Source: a virus | Lineage: Duplodnaviria > Caudoviricetes | Length of the DNA: 64,000 nt | IMG/VR virus record: IMGVR_UViG_3300030620_000004 | Coordinates: 1 to 64,000 of that record | Direction: 5' to 3' (one strand) | Shown here: one piece after another, positions 26,537 through 34,918 of the stretch | Layout: each line of letters opens with the position of its first letter | How positions within the stretch are numbered: the stretch's first letter is position 1 | Translations under genes and position numbers: made by a program | Notes under the pieces: generated by a model | Seen by the model: only the letters and a program-made list of their open reading frames with translations | The model's database searches: none | What the model was told of the DNA's origin: nothing

Positions 26537-28087
26537 TCACGCCATTGCGAGGTACGGAAGCGGAGCAGGCGCCTTGCCGTGGTGGCTGCTCAGCAGAGCA
26601 CCCGCCCCGGCCCTGATGTCGTCGGCCCGGAAGGGGTCGGTCTCGACCTCGTGCGCGTAGCGCGTGAAGGCGTTGACCACGCTGGCCCGGCTGACGCCGT
26701 ATTCCTCCGCAGCCTCATCGGCACGGTGCATCTCCAAGAGCTTCGGCACAGCGTCCTCGCGCCGGCCTCGCACGGGCACCAAGTCCCGCTCCAGAATGCC
26801 ATTGAAGATGCCAGGCAACACGGCCTCGACAGGCAGTGAAGCCAAGTCGTCGCGCGTCGTGCCCTGCACAGCCTTGATCAGCTCACGCCCCTGCTCATTG
26901 CGAGCGTACGTCCACGCCCGTCGGAAGGCGTCGACTGAGGTTAACGCCTGATTGAAGGCGTCCCTGAACGACGCCGCAAGCGCCTGCACCGAGCCTTGGT
27001 GCCTCAGGCGCACGTCCACGCCAATGGCCTTGCTCAAGATGATGAGATTCAGGCACAGGTTGCGCCAGATCGTCGACTGCACACGAATCGCGTGTCCGCC
27101 GACGTCGCCCGAGGTCACGATCACGCCGGCCTTGAACACTTCGCCTGCGACGTAGTCCGCAGCCGGCACATCAGAGTGCCACATCCCTTCCAGGCGGAAG
27201 CGTTCGCCATCGTAGTCAAGCGAACCGCGAGCGTCGCTCGGGAAGGCCATCTGCAGCGCTTCGCCGATCTTGTCCGCGTCGAACGACGTGTACTTGGGCG
27301 AGACCGCACCATAGGCGACCCGCGTGGCGCCAACCTTGCGCGTGCGCACGACCACTTCCTTGACGTGGTCTCCGGCGCCACGCTCAGATTCACCCAGCGC
27401 CACGGCCCAGTGATTGAAGTTGATGCTGCGCAGCTGCGTCGGACAATCGTTGAGGTACGCCGTACCACTCGCGCACGGCATGCGCTGCATGAGGCCAGCG
27501 AAAATGCGCTCATTGATCGGCATGCGCGCACCCTGCAACACCTGATGACTGTCGGGCAATGCGAGCTTGCCGCTCGACGTCATCCGCAAGTCTGCGAGCC
27601 GCACGACCGGCAAATCCTGCCGGTCCTCGGCTCGCACGTGCGCAACCAAGCTAGACGCCAACTCCTGTGCGAACGGCTTCGCGTCGTGCTCAACCTGGCT
27701 CGCATGAGCGTTCTCGACGCCGATTGAGTTCACCCGAGTGCCGAGCCGATACACCGGCTCGGCAAGAACGAACCCGTTCTCGCTCGCGATCTGCGCGTCG
27801 CGTTCTCCTCGCTCGCGTCCCGAGGCACTGACGCCGTCGCCGTCGAGATCGTCCACTGGTGGCTTCACCAAAGCAACACTAGGTGCGTGCGGCTTCACCT
27901 TGCCGATCGGGATGGCGTCTCGGACTAGTTCACTGATTCGCGTCACCTTGGGGACTCCGCCGTACTTCGCGTGCAACTCGTCGCACGCTTCCTGGTACGT
28001 AGCCGCGTTCACCCGGCGCGTTTCTCCTTCGAGCGAGACGATGTGGGTTGCTGGTTCGGACTGGGGAATTGGGGTCGATTGAGTCAT
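26537..28087 (-). CDS. DUF932-like protein
   Basis: GVIVTSGDVGGHAIRVQSTIWRNLCLN...RLRHQG; start MTQSTP with a GGAAG RBS. Confidence 0.6.
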   Translation of the reverse strand: MTQSTPIPQSEPATHIVSLEGETRRVNAATYQEACDELHAKYGGVPKVTRISELVRDAIPIGKVKPHAPSVALVKPPVDDLDGDGVSASGRERGERDAQIASENGFVLAEPVYRLGTRVNSIGVENAHASQVEHDAKPFAQELASSLVAHVRAEDRQDLPVVRLADLRMTSSGKLALPDSHQVLQGARMPINERIFAGLMQRMPCASGTAYLNDCPTQLRSINFNHWAVALGESERGAGDHVKEVVVRTRKVGATRVAYGAVSPKYTSFDADKIGEALQMAFPSDARGSLDYDGERFRLEGMWHSDVPAADYVAGEVFKAGVIVTSGDVGGHAIRVQSTIWRNLCLNLIILSKAIGVDVRLRHQGSVQALAASFRDAFNQALTSVDAFRRAWTYARNEQGRELIKAVQGTTRDDLASLPVEAVLPGIFNGILERDLVPVRGRREDAVPKLLEMHRADEAAEEYGVSRASVVNAFTRYAHEVETDPFRADDIRAGAGALLSSHHGKAPAPLPYLAMA

Positions 28088-28220
28088 TTCACTTCCTTTG
28101 GTTTGGCGCGGAGCCCCGTGCCAAACCCATGGTCGCTCAATTGCGCGCATGATGCCAGCAATTAGTGCTCTACCCCCCGACCCATGAGTCAATTGGGACC
28201 CCTTGGGGGGCCCTGGGGCC

Positions 28221-28360
28221 CTGGCCTTGCCCTTGGGGCCCTGGGCTTGCCCTTGGGCCCCTGGCCTTGCCCTTGGGGCCCTGGGCTTGCCCTTGGGCCC
28301 CTGGCCTTGCCCTTGGGGCCCTGGGCTTGCCCTTGGGCCCCTGGCCTTGCCCTTGGGGCC
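28221..28360. repeat. Non-coding tandem array of 7 x 20 bp with alternating units A=CTGGCCTTGCCCTTGGGGCC and B=CTGGGCTTGCCCTTGGGCCC (ABABABA)
   Basis: Read directly; period is not a multiple of 3; lies in the largest intergenic gap. Confidence 0.95.
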
Positions 28361-28361
28361 C

Positions 28362-28598
28362 TCAGCCTTGCTGGCGCTTCGGACCACGACGGCCGCGACG
28401 GCCTGCCCGAGGGTCGTCGAGCCCTGCATCGACGAGCCGTTTGAGCCAGCGGAAGACCGTCGACTTGTTGACACCGAGCTCAACCGACACCCCCCCGACA
28501 TCGCCCAAGTGGCGCGAGAACAGCACGCGCAGTCGCGAATGCGCTTCTCGCGGTTTGCGCAAGACGAGTTCACTCAACTGTACAAAGCGGAACGACAT
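28362..28598 (-). CDS. Small Fis-like HTH protein
   Basis: GDVGGVSVELGVNKSTVFRWLKRL. Confidence 0.65.
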   Translation of the reverse strand: MSFRFVQLSELVLRKPREAHSRLRVLFSRHLGDVGGVSVELGVNKSTVFRWLKRLVDAGLDDPRAGRRGRRGPKRQQG

Positions 28599-28617
28599 TC
28601 CAAATGGATGATACCGC

Positions 28618-28764
28618 TCAACCCCAGCTCTTGATCAGAGCCGCGACTGCCAACGGGTCTTCGAGACTCTCGCCGTGGCGACTCGCAGCCAACGCCTGCG
28701 CGATCTCTTGGGTGCTCATGTCCTTGCAAGCCTCGGCCAGTTTGGCCTTTACGTCGTCGTTCAT
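28618..28764 (-). CDS. 48-aa hypothetical protein (not in the supplied ORF track)
   Basis: MNDDVKAKLAEACKDMSTQEIAQALAASRHGESLEDPLAVAALIKSWG; ATGA overlap with the upstream stop. Confidence 0.5.
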   Translation of the reverse strand: MNDDVKAKLAEACKDMSTQEIAQALAASRHGESLEDPLAVAALIKSWG

Positions 28765-29006
28765 TGCAGCAGTTCCTTTGCTCGTCGAAGCCACTCGGGG
28801 TCTTGGACAGCTCGAGCGGCACTCAGTTCACCTTCCAAGCTAGCCTGTTTGATGAAGCGATACAACTGACGCCGCGAGATCGCGAAGATCGTCGCAGCCC
28901 GATTCACGTTCCCATCGCTAGCGCGCAAGACGGACCTGAGTTCTGCGACGGCGCCCTGTCGATCCTGCTTCCACCTCGTGCCGATCCCGGTCTTGATGTA
29001 CGACAC
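28761..29006 (-). CDS. Small Fis-like (HTH_8) protein
   Basis: LRASDGNVNRAATIFAISRRQLYRFIK. Confidence 0.75.
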   Translation of the reverse strand: MSYIKTGIGTRWKQDRQGAVAELRSVLRASDGNVNRAATIFAISRRQLYRFIKQASLEGELSAARAVQDPEWLRRAKELLQ

Positions 29007-29958
29007 GCAACCCCGAGTCTACCGCTAGCCTGAGCTCGGCGGTAGGCATGCTCGCACAGTCCTGCCCCTTTGGGATTTCGACCCGCACGACCTGTACCCA
29101 GCGCCTGAGCTGCTCGTCGAGCGCCTGAGCTACGGCATTGCCCGCCTTGTCGGGGTCCGTGCACATGAGCACGTGCTCGAAAGTGGAGAGCCTGGCGATG
29201 TGGCCCTGATGCAGCTGCGAGCCGTAGATACCCCCGATCGGCAAGCTGTACGGAAAGGCGCGCTCGATCGCCAACGCGTCGAGCGCGCCTTCGGTGACCG
29301 CCACGACCTTGCGCCGCTTCGGCCAATGCTCCGCGCCAAACACCGAGCCGAGGTCAGCACCCTCGGCTTTCTGCGGTTCCTTGTACCGCAGCTCGCTCCC
29401 CGTGTAGCTGCGACCCGTGTACCCGATGAGCTTGCCGCCAACGTCACGCACCGGAAAGACGATGCGCCCCGACAACCTGTTCCTCACCCCGTCGTAGCCC
29501 ACAGGCGCGTACACCACTTGCCAGCGTTGCACTTGCCAGTCCAAAAGGCCGCGCTTCACCGCGTACTCGCGGGGCTCGGGCTCCCACTGATGCAACGGCT
29601 CCCACGCGTTGACGCCGAGCGGAAGGCGGAACACTGGCGACAACCCTCGCTGGTAGTCAATCGCGACCGACAACGGCAACGGCGGGTCCTGCTCGATGTC
29701 CTTGAGCCACTCGACGGCTTCGACTCGCGTACAGCCGAGCGCGGCTTCCACGAGATGCACAGGCCAGCCGCCGAACCCACACCCGTAGCACCGGTGCTGC
29801 CCAAACTTCGGATTCTCTTCCTCAACGATGATTCGCCAGCTCGGCGTACTGTCGGAATGGTCTGGGTGCGGACAGCTCGCCCACAGAGCAGTGCCTCGCC
29901 TGTCGTAGCGAATGCCCAGACGGTCGAGCAACTGCTCAGGGTCGACGCTCTTGAACAT
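28918..29958 (-). CDS. DNA primase (zinc finger plus TOPRIM)
   Basis: CPHPDHSDSTPS...CYGCG; VTEGALDA; CTDPDKAG; KGQDC. Confidence 0.9.
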   Translation of the reverse strand: MFKSVDPEQLLDRLGIRYDRRGTALWASCPHPDHSDSTPSWRIIVEEENPKFGQHRCYGCGFGGWPVHLVEAALGCTRVEAVEWLKDIEQDPPLPLSVAIDYQRGLSPVFRLPLGVNAWEPLHQWEPEPREYAVKRGLLDWQVQRWQVVYAPVGYDGVRNRLSGRIVFPVRDVGGKLIGYTGRSYTGSELRYKEPQKAEGADLGSVFGAEHWPKRRKVVAVTEGALDALAIERAFPYSLPIGGIYGSQLHQGHIARLSTFEHVLMCTDPDKAGNAVAQALDEQLRRWVQVVRVEIPKGQDCASMPTAELRLAVDSGLRVVHQDRDRHEVEAGSTGRRRRTQVRLAR

Positions 29959-30136
29959 CGAGCAGCTCCAACAAGTAACCCCTCGCCAGTGGCGACGCCA
30001 ACGCGCAGCCATGCTCGCGCGCAAAGTCATCGACCCGGCTCTGAATTGCCCAACCCCGGTCAGAAAGACCTTCCAACCTGGACGCCTCCGCGTCTGTTAA
30101 CCCATAGCGGTTCATCAACCAACGCCACGGCTTCAT
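29936..30136 (-). CDS. Small hypothetical protein
   Basis: Coupled to the helicase stop. Confidence 0.4.
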   Translation of the reverse strand: MKPWRWLMNRYGLTDAEASRLEGLSDRGWAIQSRVDDFAREHGCALASPLARGYLLELLDVQERRP

Positions 30137-31605
30137 GGCTTCTCTTTCCTGCTCGCACCCCAGAACAAGTCTGCGCCGCTTTCGGCTTCGTCTTGATCCG
30201 AAAACTTCACCTCGACACTTTTACCGCCGACGATCGAGCCGAACACCGGGTCCCAGGCGTGCTCGATCATGAGCGGCCACTTGCCGTGCCGCTGCTTGAG
30301 CACGAGCGAATAGATGAGGTCATCGGGCACATTCTTCCAAAGCGCAGGGCGATGCCAGCCGATGATTTGGTCTGGAACCTCGACCCACGCGCCCGAGCCC
30401 TTGATCGTTTCACGACGCGGAAGCTTACTCTTGGTCGCCTCGACCTGCTTCACGTTCTGCTGCTGCACGAGCATCAAGTGGACGTTCAACTGCTTCGCTA
30501 GGTGCTGCATCGCCAGCAACGCCTGCTCTTCGTCATTCGGGTCCGTGTCCGACAACGTACGCTTGAACAGGTCTGCGATGTAGACGTCGCACCTCGAATC
30601 AATGATGCTCTGCGCAATCCGATCGAGCGCCCGCCCGTTCGGATTCCGAGCCTTGGTCGTGAACCCCTCGTACGGAATCTCGTCGAAGACCACGCGCTGG
30701 CCGATCTTCAGCATCGCCGCTTTGACGGCAGCAAGGTCGTCATCGCTGAACCGCCCCGTCATCAAGTCAGTTCGGCTGTAGCCGAGCTCGAACGCTGCGA
30801 GCAATTCGAGCGTCATCCCCGAGCCCTGCTCGAACGCTCCGTATGTGATGCGACGCCCCTCGTGGCACATGGTGAGCACGCCTCGCGCCGTCGCAGTCGT
30901 CTTGCCCGAGCCAGATACCCCCGTGACCACGGACAGCGTCCCGGGTGAAGTTCCCGGCACAAGGCGCGGATACCCCTCCAAGTCGATGCGCTTGCCGTCG
31001 ACCAGCTCGAAGTCCCCTGGTCCGTACACATCGAGGCCTGGGATGCCGACACCATAGGTCGCGACACCCTCGCGCCGTTGGTCGATGATGTGCGCCTGCT
31101 CCTCTGCAAGCTGCACTGAATTTCGGAGCGAGCGGTTCACCCCGATGGCGAGGCCCGCTTCAATCTGCTTCGCCGCACTACGCAGCGTTGCAGGGTCGGC
31201 GCGCGGGTCCCGTAGAAGCTCGAGGAAGGTCGTCACTGGCCCGCGTGCCGTCGCGACACGCGCAGCATCCCAGCGCAGCATCTCAACGTGGTGCTCCAAG
31301 TTGGGGGGTGCCAATGGGCGCTGGGCGATGAGCCCCTCGACGTACTGCACGTCGACCTCGGGCCCACCCAACTGCTTGAGCGTGGCGGGGTCGTAGTGCA
31401 GCCCCTTGCGGTCGAGCTGTTGCAGCGTGCGCCACAAAAGCGCGTGTCCCGTGCCAAACATCATCTCAGCCGACAGCGTCTGCAAGTAGCGTTTGCGCAC
31501 CTGCTCGTCGACGATGACCGCTGCAATCACGACCATCTCGTTCACCGAGTCGTGCGGGATGCGAACCTTTTCGTCTTCAGGCTTTCGCTTGTCGGTGCGC
31601 TTCAT
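30133..31605 (-). CDS. dnaB: DnaB-like replicative helicase
   Basis: N-terminal PHDSVNEMVVIA domain; GVSGSGKTT; IKGSGAWVEVPD; LKQRHG. Confidence 0.85.
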   Translation of the reverse strand: MKRTDKRKPEDEKVRIPHDSVNEMVVIAAVIVDEQVRKRYLQTLSAEMMFGTGHALLWRTLQQLDRKGLHYDPATLKQLGGPEVDVQYVEGLIAQRPLAPPNLEHHVEMLRWDAARVATARGPVTTFLELLRDPRADPATLRSAAKQIEAGLAIGVNRSLRNSVQLAEEQAHIIDQRREGVATYGVGIPGLDVYGPGDFELVDGKRIDLEGYPRLVPGTSPGTLSVVTGVSGSGKTTATARGVLTMCHEGRRITYGAFEQGSGMTLELLAAFELGYSRTDLMTGRFSDDDLAAVKAAMLKIGQRVVFDEIPYEGFTTKARNPNGRALDRIAQSIIDSRCDVYIADLFKRTLSDTDPNDEEQALLAMQHLAKQLNVHLMLVQQQNVKQVEATKSKLPRRETIKGSGAWVEVPDQIIGWHRPALWKNVPDDLIYSLVLKQRHGKWPLMIEHAWDPVFGSIVGGKSVEVKFSDQDEAESGADLFWGASRKEKP

Positions 31606-32072
31606 GGGGTTCGACGTCGAGTGGTGCGTCGGCGCGCCTGCGCCACTCGGTAGTCGCTCAGCAACGGTCGACCAAACTGCAAGCGCCACCCAATCCGAAA
31701 GTCACTGTCGCGGTCGCGTTGGCTGTCCTTGTACTCCTCGCGCCGCCACGTCCAGCGCATGAAGTCGACCATCGAAAGTTGCTCGCCGCTGAACTCGTGC
31801 TTGAGCATGCGCATCGACGCGCCCACTGCCGGGCGGAACTGGTCTCGCACTTCGTCGGGCACCACCTTGTAGACGTGTTGGTGCAGCAAGCAGTAGAGCC
31901 CGACGAAGTGCTTCGGCGTGAACTCGCTCCACGCCTGCCGATCCTTCAGCGCATTCGTCTCCGTCAAGAGCTGCTCGAAGTCTCGCTTCGGCATCGCTCG
32001 TTTTTTCTGCGGACGCCGCTCAGGCTCGGGCTCCGTCCCGAAGTCAGTGAACTGCGTCTGCTTAACTGCCAT
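31602..32072 (-). CDS. Hypothetical replication-associated protein
   Basis: Coupled upstream of DnaB. Confidence 0.55.
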   Translation of the reverse strand: MAVKQTQFTDFGTEPEPERRPQKKRAMPKRDFEQLLTETNALKDRQAWSEFTPKHFVGLYCLLHQHVYKVVPDEVRDQFRPAVGASMRMLKHEFSGEQLSMVDFMRWTWRREEYKDSQRDRDSDFRIGWRLQFGRPLLSDYRVAQARRRTTRRRTP

Positions 32073-32331
32073 GAAGTTCCTTCAACCGACCGGAGTAGGT
32101 GACTCGCTTCATCTCGAAGTCGGCGTGCATCAATACCTCGACGAGCGCACGCGCACGCGAGTACACCTCGTGCGCCTTCTCGCCATCGCGCACGTGCACC
32201 ATCGCTTGCACCGGGCCGACTTCGAGCAACCCCCCGTTACCCATGGGGTACACCTCACGCCCGCTGGTCAACGTGAAGGAATCGCCCGCTCGAAGCCCAT
32301 GGTCGAGCGCAATGGAAACCCGGGATTCCAT
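32062..32331 (-). CDS. Hypothetical protein whose start codon lies inside a palindrome copy
   Basis: GAAGG RBS and ATG at 32331, just after the helicase stop at 32339. Confidence 0.55.
   Translation of the reverse strand: MESRVSIALDHGLRAGDSFTLTSGREVYPMGNGGLLEVGPVQAMVHVRDGEKAHEVYSRARALVEVLMHADFEMKRVTYSGRLKELHGS
32312..32331. repeat. Palindrome copy ATGGAAACCCGGGATTCCAT
   Basis: Read directly; one mismatch. Confidence 0.9.
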
Positions 32332-32338
32332 GTCGCCT

Positions 32339-33886
32339 TCAACCACGGGCTCTGAGGAAACCGAGCTGCTCGTCGTCCTGCCTGTTCTTGTCGTCTTCAC
32401 GCTGCTCCTCTTCTCTGATGAATTGCTTCGCGTTCACCCAGTGCTCGCCATCAAGCACCTTGACCTTCGGCTTCCACCGCGAGATGTGGATCAACGGCCA
32501 CAAGCCGAACACCTTGCGGTCCCAGAAATAGTACACGATGACCGCATCCTGCTCGACCTTGCCAGTCTCGGGTGACGGCCGTTCGTATCGCCCAGTGAAC
32601 TGGGCGAACTGTTGCTTGCCGCTCTTGCCTGCGCATGGTGCCGCAAAGATGCCGCGACTCACGAGCGGTAGGTCAAAGCCGACGCCGATCGCCTGATACG
32701 TGCCGACCGCTTGATTCAAACTGCATTCGCGCAACTCGCGTTCGGTCCGGTCGAACTCGTCGCGAGACTCGGCACCGCCGAGCAGCAAACCAGAGTCCCA
32801 CCCACGCGCGAGGCTCATCGAGTTGAGCGTAGCGCAGTGCTCCCGATGCCACGCCAGCGTGATCGTCGGCTCACCCTCCTCGACGCACCAGCCCAGCACC
32901 TCCATGACGAGCGCATTACGGGCCTTGTTCCCTTCGAGCTCAACCGTCAACCGCTGCTGATTGTGGCTCTGGGCCCGCTTGAGCGGCGCGAGCTCTGTGT
33001 ACCAGGGAGCATCGAACTCCGTCGGAACCACTCGGATTTCAGCGTCGATGATGGCCCCCTGGGCAATCAAGGTTTCACGTGAAACCTCGAGCAGCACGGG
33101 GCCGAACACGTCGTGAACCAGGAACTCCTTCTTGTCCGAACGCCGTTCATCGGCCGTCAGCCCAACCCGGTACACCGCCTTCAACACGTCGATGACATCG
33201 AAGAAGGTTGACGCCGCGAACCGCTGCGCCTCGTCACCGATGACGAGGCCGAAGACGTCGGCGTACTCATGTGCACAGTTTCGCAGTGTCTGCTGCATGC
33301 CGATGGTCAACGGCCTGATAACCCGCTTGTTGCCTCTGATGATTCCGACCTCATCGGCCTCGAGCCCCAAGTTCTTGAGCGCCCCATCAACCCACTGCTT
33401 GAAGATGCGTTCCGTCGGAACGACGACGAGCGTCGCCAAATTGATCTCGGAGGCGATGGCAAAGCCCGTGGTAGTTTTTCCGCTTCCCTGGGGACTTCGG
33501 ATGAGTGCCGTGCCACTCAAGCCAAGTTCGTGCGTGCAGACGCGCTTGATCTCCTCTTGGTACGGACGCAGTCGAATGCGATGCTCTGGGAGGGGACTCG
33601 CCAAGGGGCGCCCCATGCACTTCGCTCGGCGCACGCGGAGAGCGCCGAGCACGTCGCGCAGCTTGTCGAGCGCACCTCGTGGGACCGACAGCTCGCAGGT
33701 CGAAAGCTCCCAGCTGCGCAGCGTCTCCGGAACTCCCCGAGGTACGAACCCTCGAATCGCCTTGAGCTTGCGATACTCTGGATTGTCGTAGGTGAACTGC
33801 CGTTGCACCTTGAGGACCAACGCGACGCTCAACTGCGACAGCGGGATTCTGATGCGGTTGTCGATGAGGACTTGCACTTGCCTCAT
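32339..33886 (-). CDS. Superfamily 2 helicase (UvsW/XPB-like)
   Basis: LRPYQ, SPQGSGKT, DEAQ, GLTADERRSD, GVGFDLP. Confidence 0.9.
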   Translation of the reverse strand: MRQVQVLIDNRIRIPLSQLSVALVLKVQRQFTYDNPEYRKLKAIRGFVPRGVPETLRSWELSTCELSVPRGALDKLRDVLGALRVRRAKCMGRPLASPLPEHRIRLRPYQEEIKRVCTHELGLSGTALIRSPQGSGKTTTGFAIASEINLATLVVVPTERIFKQWVDGALKNLGLEADEVGIIRGNKRVIRPLTIGMQQTLRNCAHEYADVFGLVIGDEAQRFAASTFFDVIDVLKAVYRVGLTADERRSDKKEFLVHDVFGPVLLEVSRETLIAQGAIIDAEIRVVPTEFDAPWYTELAPLKRAQSHNQQRLTVELEGNKARNALVMEVLGWCVEEGEPTITLAWHREHCATLNSMSLARGWDSGLLLGGAESRDEFDRTERELRECSLNQAVGTYQAIGVGFDLPLVSRGIFAAPCAGKSGKQQFAQFTGRYERPSPETGKVEQDAVIVYYFWDRKVFGLWPLIHISRWKPKVKVLDGEHWVNAKQFIREEEQREDDKNRQDDEQLGFLRARG

Positions 33887-33993
33887 GATGCCGCTTTCTT
33901 TCTTCGGATCTAAAATGCACGGCAGCAGCCAAAGCGCGCTAGCGCTTGCGACGCGGCGGAGCCGCGTCGCCAAGGATGCTTTCAAATCCTAGA

Positions 33994-34020
33994 TCCCTTG
34001 CTGACTGAAACAGCAAGGGA
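33994..34020. terminator. Hairpin TCCCTTGCTG-N7-CAGCAAGGGA at the structural/replication module boundary
   Basis: Perfect 10-bp stem, no clear U-tract; TATAAT/TATTAT nearby at about 34029-34035. Confidence 0.35.
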
Positions 34021-34069
34021 CTCCGCGGTATAATAGGGGCGGTTTCGGTGGGTGGGTCGCGGAAAATGC

Positions 34070-34438
34070 TCAGCGTCGAGGAGGCCGCACACTCTCCCTG
34101 CGGACCTCTGGCAAGACGCTTTCGACGATGCGTTCCGCCTTTACGCGAGTCACTCGCGTCAGCACGTTCGTCTTGTCGTGCATGAGATTGACGGCCATCG
34201 CAAGCTTGGCGTCGCCTCGCAAGCCAGCAAGCTCGCCTGCTCGGTGTTCGACCTCGAGCGCGCTCTGCTTGGCGAAGGTGCGCAAGGTGTGGCTGCGAAG
34301 CCACGCGACGAGCGCTGCGGTCGCTGCTGGCACCAGCACGATCAATGCTTGTGCAACGATGCTCTCCAGCTGCGAGTACGGGGTTGCTTCGTTGGGCGAG
34401 ATCGACTGGTAGACGTAGAACATGCGAGTGGAGACCAT
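34070..34438 (-). CDS. Putative holin (LL-H-like)
   Basis: One TM segment then FAKQSALEVEH...GDAKLAMAV...IVESV; TAGAAT -10-like box upstream. Confidence 0.5.
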   Translation of the reverse strand: MVSTRMFYVYQSISPNEATPYSQLESIVAQALIVLVPAATAALVAWLRSHTLRTFAKQSALEVEHRAGELAGLRGDAKLAMAVNLMHDKTNVLTRVTRVKAERIVESVLPEVRRESVRPPRR

Positions 34439-34457
34439 GCGCCTATTCTAGCAGGGA

Positions 34458-34479
34458 AATGGAAACCCGGGATTCCATT
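34458..34479. repeat. Palindrome copy AATGGAAACCCGGGATTCCATT
   Basis: Read directly; one mismatch. Confidence 0.9.
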
Positions 34480-34907
34480 CACGGGTCGAGCGGCAAGCCT
34501 TCGAGCGGCGGGTTTCCTTGAGCCAGGTTTCGTCGCACGCGCTCGGCTGCCTGTCGCGCACGTGGACTGTGCTTGAAGTCTTCCGCCGAGCTCCCGGCAA
34601 GCATGATGAGCATGTAGTCGATGCGCGAACTGAGCTTGTCGATGGCTTCGCCCGTCTTCTCGTAGTTTCTGTCGAGCTGCTCGATCTTGGCTTCGACGCC
34701 CGCGTTGGTCTTCTCGTGCTGCTGCTGCGCTGCGGCCATCGCTGCGGTCGACGCTTCCTTGGCAATCTGCGTGACGTCCTCGTGGGTCGGCATCTTGGTC
34801 CACGCCACGATGACAGCAGCCACGAGCGCGATGACGCCGATCAAGTTCGTCGGCGTCAGCAGGATTGGCGTCTTCGCGGTGAACGGGCGTTCCGAGACTT
34901 GAGGCAC
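34479..34907 (-). CDS. Membrane-anchored coiled-coil protein (lysis accessory; holin- or spanin-like)
   Basis: TM segment LIGVIALVAAVIVAW followed by a coiled coil; GTG start with a GAAAGG RBS. Confidence 0.5.
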   Translation of the reverse strand: MPQVSERPFTAKTPILLTPTNLIGVIALVAAVIVAWTKMPTHEDVTQIAKEASTAAMAAAQQQHEKTNAGVEAKIEQLDRNYEKTGEAIDKLSSRIDYMLIMLAGSSAEDFKHSPRARQAAERVRRNLAQGNPPLEGLPLDP

Positions 34908-34918
34908 GGGCAGCCCTT

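Noticed and set aside
28221-28360. 20-bp array as a CRISPR array
   Set aside because: Units are directly adjacent with no unique spacers.
28088-28573. N-terminal extension of the 678-aa ORF, and other ORFs reading through the tandem array
   Set aside because: Low-complexity read-through of a non-triplet repeat; a better start with an RBS exists at 28087.
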